A stretch of 5,886 bases of DNA, taken from a virus. Positions within the stretch are counted from its first letter, which is position 1; every line of letters starts with the position of its first letter. Both the position numbers and the translations under genes were made by a program. The stretch lies in the IMG/VR virus record IMGVR_UViG_3300045988_004583, positions 1-5,886 of that record; one strand, 5' to 3'. The notes below the pieces were generated by a model. That model ran no database searches. It was not told the origin of the DNA and was given only the letters and a program-made list of their open reading frames with translations. Below, in pieces: positions 1 to 2,681 of the stretch.

Positions 1-141
1 GATACTATATGGATGGCACCCTGACGACTTAAAACCAATACACAAGCTGTCAAGACACGGTCATTACACAAGTGATAAGCTGATAAAAATCTGGGGACAA
101 GGGGCAGTCGACATCGCACAGGCAACACCAGAGACATATAA
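1..141. repeat. Terminal direct duplication, left copy (circular-genome assembly overlap)
   Basis: Base-by-base comparison shows 1-141 (gatactatatggatggcaccctgacg...caccagagacatataa) is identical to 5746-5886. The duplication lies inside one continuous reading frame (rep). Confidence 0.95.
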
Positions 142-529
142 TTACGTTGCGGGGTATGTGACCAAAAAACTGTACGGCAACGACAAAAAGCGTTACCAAA
201 AAATGGGTTTAATACCACCATTTTGCACAATGAGCCGAAAACCGGGACTTGGAGACAAATGGTTCCAAGAGCACCAAGAAAAACTCTGGCAGCAGGGATA
301 CATACAGCTCACCAACGGCAAGAGAGCAGCCATCCCAGAATACTACTGGCGAAAACTGGAAGCTGAAAATCCCGAAAAAGCATGGAGAATCAAAAAATAT
401 CGGCAGGAAAAAGCCATAGCGTCCTTAATCGAGAGAAACGCGGAAACCGATAAACCATACGCAGAGCAACTAAAGGACAAAGAAGCATCCATGTCCAAAA
501 AGATGAGCAAAGCCAAAGGCGTATTTTGA
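1..529 (+). CDS. VP4: Replication initiation protein VP4 (HUH rolling-circle endonuclease), C-terminal portion; continues from 5255..5745 across the circular junction
   Basis: The frame is open from position 2 (codons ata cta tat gga tgg...) with no stop until TGA 527-529. It is the same frame as track ORF 158..529, whose GTG 'start' is internal. It encodes ...ILYGWHPDDLKP...ETYNYVAGYVTKKLYG..., and YVAGY (Tyr codons 143-145 and 155-157) is the Y-x3-Y active-site pair known from phiX174 protein A. Joined to 5255..5745, the complete protein is 339 aa. Confidence 0.93.
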   Translation, partial: ILYGWHPDDLKPIHKLSRHGHYTSDKLIKIWGQGAVDIAQATPETYNYVAGYVTKKLYGNDKKRYQKMGLIPPFCTMSRKPGLGDKWFQEHQEKLWQQGYIQLTNGKRAAIPEYYWRKLEAENPEKAWRIKKYRQEKAIASLIERNAETDKPYAEQLKDKEASMSKKMSKAKGVF

Positions 530-587
530 CACATTGGTGTCACTCAGCCAAGTAACTATCAAGTAAGCTACTTGGCTGAGTATTTTT
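527..587 (+). terminator. Tandem hairpins plus T-tract: rho-independent terminator after VP4
   Basis: Hairpin 1 is TGACAC(527-532)/GTGTCA(537-542) with loop attg, and it includes the VP4 stop codon. Hairpin 2 is a perfect 13-bp stem, ACTCAGCCAAGTA(542-554)/TACTTGGCTGAGT(569-581), with a 14-nt loop, followed by aTTTTT (582-587). Confidence 0.75.
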
Positions 588-600
588 ACCATTTATTGGA

Positions 601-641
601 ACACGCACGCACGCGCACGAAATCGCGCACATGCGCGCGTG
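601..641. repeat. GC-rich alternating purine/pyrimidine island (two tracts)
   Basis: 601-619 acacgcacgcacgcgcacg (19 nt) and 624-641 cgcgcacatgcgcgcgtg (18 nt) both alternate Pu/Py perfectly and are separated by aaat. CGCGCAC is directly repeated at 612-618 and 624-630. CACGCGC(610-616) is complementary to GCGCGTG(635-641). Confidence 0.8.
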
Positions 642-684
642 ATTATTATTATTTATTATTTATTTGTTGTAGTCGTAGTAGTAG
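642..684. repeat. Simple trinucleotide-periodic repeat (ATT/TTA)n then (GTA/GTC)n
   Basis: attattattatttattatttatttgttgtagtcgtagtagtag, read directly from the sequence. Confidence 0.8.
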
Positions 685-695
685 GGAGTGTTGAA

Positions 696-779
696 ATGTT
701 GATAACAATGAATAATTATCCTTGGAACGATATTTTTTTACTGATTTTAATGTTGATACTCTTGTGGATAAGTTGTTGA
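696..779 (+). CDS. Candidate 27-aa hydrophobic peptide (MLITMNNYPWNDIFLLILMLILLWISC); hypothetical
   Basis: ATG 696 is preceded by the SD-like GGGAG (684-688) at 7-nt spacing, and the stop is TGA 777-779. It is below the ORF-track size cutoff. The hydrophobic core runs from I13 to I25. No dedicated promoter was found, and the region is T-rich and repeat-rich, so the ORF could be fortuitous. Confidence 0.25.
   Translation: MLITMNNYPWNDIFLLILMLILLWISC
763..771 (-). promoter_or_regulatory. Perfect consensus DnaA box (TTATCCACA on minus strand)
   Basis: The + strand reads tgtggataa, whose reverse complement TTATCCACA is the canonical high-affinity DnaA box. Neighbouring repeat copies differ from TTWTNCACA by 1-3 positions, for example 697-705 -> TTATCAACA and 847-855 -> TTTTCAACA. 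Confidence 0.6.
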
Positions 780-800
780 ATTGTTGAAAGTGTAGCAAAA

Positions 801-820
801 TGCACAAAACCATTTGTGCA
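801..820. promoter_or_regulatory. Perfect 8-bp inverted repeat (TGCACAAA-acca-TTTGTGCA): operator-like palindrome or ssDNA hairpin
   Basis: 801-808 TGCACAAA, loop 809-812 acca, 813-820 TTTGTGCA. It sits between the third and fourth repeat pairs. Confidence 0.6.
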
Positions 821-861
821 ACTTTTAGTGGAAAACTTGTTGAAAGTGTTGAAAACGCAAT

Positions 862-935
862 TAGAGGCAGCTCGGCAGCTGGCCGAAAAGTTGCGTCATG
901 CTCTTCGCACGGCGCACCGCGCCTAGCGCATGACC
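862..935. other. Second GC-rich structured island (tandem GGCAGCT, nested inverted repeats)
   Basis: GGCAGCT occurs twice, at 866-872 and 874-880. GTCATGC(894-900) is complementary to GCATGAC(928-934). The hairpin GGCGC(911-915)-acc-GCGCC(919-923) is nested inside that pair. The island is embedded in AT-rich surroundings. Confidence 0.6.
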
Positions 936-972
936 TACAAGGCAAAATTCTTCTAATTTTTTTCAAAAAACC

Positions 973-1001
973 TTGACTTTATCGAAAAAATATGGTAGAA
1001 T
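973..1001 (+). promoter_or_regulatory. Strong sigma70/SigA-type promoter P1 with extended -10
   Basis: TTGACT (973-978), a 17-nt spacer, then TAGAAT (996-1001) with TG at 993-994 (TGnTAGAAT). An A/T-rich UP-like tract (aattcttctaatttttttcaaaaaa) lies upstream. The first gene's SD is ~10 nt downstream. Confidence 0.75.
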
Positions 1002-1027
1002 AAATCATAGAAAGGAAGGTGCTAAAG

Positions 1028-1213
1028 ATGACACACTACTACGAACTTAGAAGTATTGAAGATGACGGAACAATAAAGATTGCGCTCAAAATCTCAGCAG
1101 AACCAAAATACGCAAAACAAAGAGCAAAAGAATACGCAAAACGAAACCCGGGGCTATACTCACTAGAAAGAGTCGAAAAAGTGGCAATGTACTTAACTGA
1201 AAAGGAGAACTAA
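1028..1213 (+). CDS. Hypothetical small protein, 61 aa (accessory ORF A)
   Basis: ATG 1028 follows the SD AAAGGAAGG (1011-1019) at ~8 nt. The track's GTG at 1019 lies inside the SD and is unlikely to be the start. The protein MTHYYELRSIEDDGTIKIALKISAEPKYAKQRAKEYAKRNPGLYSLERVEKVAMYLTEKEN matches no family I recognise. It is the first gene after P1 and is tightly packed with the next ORF. Confidence 0.6.
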   Translation: MTHYYELRSIEDDGTIKIALKISAEPKYAKQRAKEYAKRNPGLYSLERVEKVAMYLTEKEN

Positions 1214-1214
1214 C

Positions 1215-1403
1215 ATGGAAAACACATTCAAAGATTTCAGCACCGAAGAACTCAAAAAAATGAAATACGAATGGAAACACTGCAACGGACGTTGTGAAGA
1301 ATGCAAGTTCAAGCGAATAGACTACCACTGCAGAACGGTATACGACGAAATCAAAAAAGAAATAAAAAGGAGAGAATCCAGAGACGTAGAAAAGAGGGCT
1401 TGA
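1215..1403 (+). CDS. Hypothetical Cys-rich small protein, 62 aa (accessory ORF B; putative metal-binding)
   Basis: ATG 1215 follows the SD AAGGAG (1202-1207) at 7 nt, one nt after the upstream stop (taa c atg). The motif is H22-C23-x3-C27-x2-C30-x7-H38-C39, with charged Lys/Glu-rich flanks. A hairpin and T11 follow immediately. Confidence 0.65.
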   Translation: MENTFKDFSTEELKKMKYEWKHCNGRCEECKFKRIDYHCRTVYDEIKKEIKRRESRDVEKRA

Positions 1404-1421
1404 CAGGCCCTTTTTTTTTTT
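1391..1421 (+). terminator. Rho-independent terminator after accessory ORF B
   Basis: GGGC(1396-1399) pairs with GCCC(1407-1410). The inner pairs are T1400:G1406 and T1401:A1405, with loop gac. The stem can be extended by A/T pairs (1391-1395 with 1411-1415). An uninterrupted T11 run follows (1411-1421). The GC core is short, so strength is uncertain. Confidence 0.55.
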
Positions 1422-1429
1422 AGTATAAT
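1400..1429 (+). promoter_or_regulatory. Consensus sigma70-type promoter P2 (TTGACA-18-TATAAT) overlapping the terminator
   Basis: TTGACA at 1400-1405 is a perfect -35, an 18-nt spacer consists mostly of the T-tract, and TATAAT at 1424-1429 is a perfect -10. It lies upstream of the structural-gene block. Confidence 0.7.
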
Positions 1430-1510
1430 AAAGACAGTTAAACGGCGAGAAAGTGCTATCTTTTACAAACGCCATTTATACAAAATAATCTTAGAAAGAG
1501 GTGAACCGCT

Positions 1511-1633
1511 CTGACCTTCAAAGAAATCAACGCGCTGTTTAACCAAATCCGCAAGATCTTAGCTATGCTAGACAAGATTTATCACATGTTGGAGAACAAA
1601 GAAAACGAGTTCCAGACCTTCAACGGAGACTGA
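1511..1633 (+). CDS. Candidate 40-codon ORF with possible CTG start (…TFKEINALFNQIRKILAMLDKIYHMLENKENEFQTFNGD); hypothetical
   Basis: The strong SD AAAGAGGTGA (1495-1504) has no ATG/GTG/TTG at proper spacing. CTG 1511 lies 7 nt after GAGGTG and opens a frame that runs to TGA 1631-1633, 12 nt before the next gene's ATG. The only in-frame ATGs (1565, 1586) lack an SD. Confidence 0.3.
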   Translation: MTFKEINALFNQIRKILAMLDKIYHMLENKENEFQTFNGD

Positions 1634-1645
1634 GAGAGGCCAAAA

Positions 1646-1867
1646 ATGAAAACATGGAACGTAAGAGACCAGACCGATACGAACCTCATGGAGGAACTGA
1701 CGCGAACCTACAAGGAGATCGACGCCGCATACAAGCTGCTACGACAGGCCGCAAAGTACGACGACGCAAAATTTTACCTTGACATGATATTCCGTAAAAA
1801 GGCAAAAGCAACGGAAATTGAGGTGGAAATCCTCAGAAGGGAAATCAACCATGGGAAAGAGGAGTAA
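1646..1867 (+). CDS. Hypothetical protein, 73 aa (predicted helical)
   Basis: ATG 1646 follows the SD AGAGAGG (1633-1639) at 6 nt. Its end overlaps the next ORF by 17 nt. It is on the coding strand in a compact gene array. I recognise no family. Confidence 0.6.
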   Translation: MKTWNVRDQTDTNLMEELTRTYKEIDAAYKLLRQAAKYDDAKFYLDMIFRKKAKATEIEVEILRREINHGKEE

Positions 1868-1970
1868 AGTCCACAAGACCAAAGACGCAAAAATCTACAA
1901 CAAGACCGCACGAAAGACCAAGGCAATCAACCTTGGAAGCGGAGCAATGCGAGGAGGCATCCGACTGTGA
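1851..1970 (+). CDS. Small highly basic DNA-binding/packaging protein, 39 aa (phiX174 J / gokushovirus ORF8-VP8 analogue)
   Basis: It is not in the ORF track because it is too short. The span from ATG 1851 to TGA 1968-1970 encodes MGKRSKVHKTKDAKIYNKTARKTKAINLGSGAMRGGIRL, with 8 Lys, 4 Arg and a single acidic residue. From memory, the C-terminal MRGGIRL-type ending and the position upstream of VP3/VP1 match the small basic proteins of gokushoviruses. Confidence 0.7.
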   Translation: MGKRSKVHKTKDAKIYNKTARKTKAINLGSGAMRGGIRL

Positions 1971-2209
1971 GCACCAATGTATATGGCATCTTCGACACCT
2001 GCGTGATGGGCTATATCACCATCTTAACCGAACGCGAAGATAAAGTGGCAGAGCGTAACTTTAAGATCGCGCTGACCGACGAACACAACATCATGAGCAA
2101 AACGCCAAGCGACTACCGGCTTGTAAAGCTGGCAAAATTCGACGAAAAAACCGGCCTGTTTGAAAACGAAAAGGAGAACATCTTCGATGGCATTTCGCTC
2201 AATAAGTAA
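1967..2209 (+). CDS. Small nonstructural protein, 80 aa (VP5-like, putative)
   Basis: GTG 1967 follows the SD GAGGAGG (1951-1957) at 9 nt and overlaps the upstream stop as GTGA. The pattern ..YGIFD..(x)..AERNF......P.DY.LV.LA.FDE.TG.F resembles, from memory, a conserved small protein found between rep and VP3 in gokushovirus genomes. Confidence 0.6.
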   Translation: MSTNVYGIFDTCVMGYITILTEREDKVAERNFKIALTDEHNIMSKTPSDYRLVKLAKFDEKTGLFENEKENIFDGISLNK

Positions 2210-2681
2210 CTGGAGACAGACCGCAACGACGAAGCCGACCGAGGCCGGAGAAAGTGTAAGGCGAACATATCTCTGGGAACGCAACGAAAAAGGCGAAAAG
2301 GTGCTGAGGCTTGACCAGACGATTGACCAGCAGGCCGAAATCGACAGCTATCTCGAAGAAACCAAGCTGGAAAACATCATCCGGCGGGCAAGCATCGATC
2401 CGGACATTGCGGCACGACTCGTACCAGACATGGGAAACGGAATCCAAGACTACACCGAAGCACCGCAGACACTGGCGGAACTCCAAAACATCATGCTGAG
2501 GGCGGAACAGATTTGGGAAGAGGTGCCGAAAGACATCAAGCTCAAATTTGATAACGATGTCGATAAATTTATTGCATCGTTTGGCACAGTCGAATGGGCG
2601 AAAAATCTGGGCATCTACAAAGAAAAGCAGGCCGAAGCCGAAGGAACTAAGAAAGCAGAAGGAACGGAGGCCAAACAGTGA
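2187..2681 (+). CDS. VP3: Internal scaffolding protein VP3 (164 aa from ATG 2187)
   Basis: ATG 2187 follows the SD AAGGAG (2171-2176). The track's upstream TTG at 2160 has no SD. The protein is acidic and helical, and its C-terminal ...VPKDIKLKFDNDVDKFIASF... resembles the conserved VP3 C-terminal region. It lies directly upstream of VP1 and overlaps it by 4 nt, the typical gokushovirus synteny. Confidence 0.75.
   Translation: MAFRSISNWRQTATTKPTEAGESVRRTYLWERNEKGEKVLRLDQTIDQQAEIDSYLEETKLENIIRRASIDPDIAARLVPDMGNGIQDYTEAPQTLAELQNIMLRAEQIWEEVPKDIKLKFDNDVDKFIASFGTVEWAKNLGIYKEKQAEAEGTKKAEGTEAKQ

Larger units (their letters stand above)
689..855 (+). repeat. Cluster of eight same-orientation 9-mers TGTKGAWAN (iteron-like / degenerate DnaA-box array)
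   Basis: The copies are 689-697 tgttgaaat, 697-705 tgttgataa, 751-759 tgttgatac, 763-771 tgtggataa, 774-782 tgttgaatt, 782-790 tgttgaaag, 838-846 tgttgaaag and 847-855 tgttgaaaa. They form four closely spaced pairs with start-to-start offsets of 8, 12, 8 and 9 nt. Confidence 0.8.

Noticed and set aside
158-160. GTG at 158 as a gene start (per ORF track)
   Set aside because: The frame is open upstream to the window edge and continues the Rep sequence from 5255..5745. The GTG encodes an internal Val within the YVAGYVTKK active-site motif.
716-771. Possible ssDNA hairpin pairing TTATCC (716-721) with GGATAA (766-771), which would make the DnaA box double-stranded as in the R6K A-site
   Set aside because: It gives only 6 bp plus a few G:U-type wobbles across a 44-nt loop, too weak to claim without folding calculations or covariation.
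649-966. 105-aa minus-strand ORF covering the large noncoding region
   Set aside because: It would be the only minus-strand gene in a family whose genes are all on the virion-sense strand. It has a TTG start, no convincing SD or promoter, and a low-complexity translation. The recurring ST/FQQ/FNN strings are simply the TGTTGA repeats read in antisense. It also spans the GC hairpins and overlaps the DNA motifs, which explain the region better.
800-976. 58-aa + strand ORF (MHKTICATFSGKLVESVENAIRGSSAAGRKVASCSSHGAPRLAHDLQGKILLIFFKKP), just under the track cutoff
   Set aside because: It has only a weak SD (GAAAG at 9 nt) and no promoter. It runs through the palindrome, the repeat pair, the GC hairpin island and into the -35 box of P1. 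Its openness on both strands suggests a compositional or repeat effect. It remains checkable by conservation analysis, but the sequence alone does not support it.
1019-1021. GTG 1019 and TTG 2160 as the starts of track ORFs 1019..1213 and 2160..2681
   Set aside because: GTG 1019 lies within the SD itself, and ATG 1028 has proper spacing. TTG 2160 has no SD, whereas ATG 2187 follows AAGGAG.
1416-1445. Search for a dif-like XerC/XerD site (ATAA-N6-TTATGTnAAnT), as used by lysogenic enterobacterial gokushoviruses; best partial hits at 1416-1445 (..GTTAAAC) and 5267-5294 (..TTATGTAcc)
   Set aside because: Each candidate matches only about half of one arm, and the opposite arm and central spacing do not fit. 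There is no support for an attP or dif motif, so a temperate lifestyle cannot be inferred.
1086-1475. 129-aa minus-strand ORF antisense to the accessory cassette (likewise 343..543, 2024..2284, 2199..2486, 2813..3337, 3367..3627, 3761..4396, 4366..4752, 4449..4637, 4607..4831, 4828..5265, 5685..5882)
   Set aside because: All are antisense to well-supported + strand genes. Their translations are Phe/Leu/Val/Cys/Arg-rich and low-complexity, the mirror of the A-rich coding strand. They lack SDs and have no recognisable motifs.
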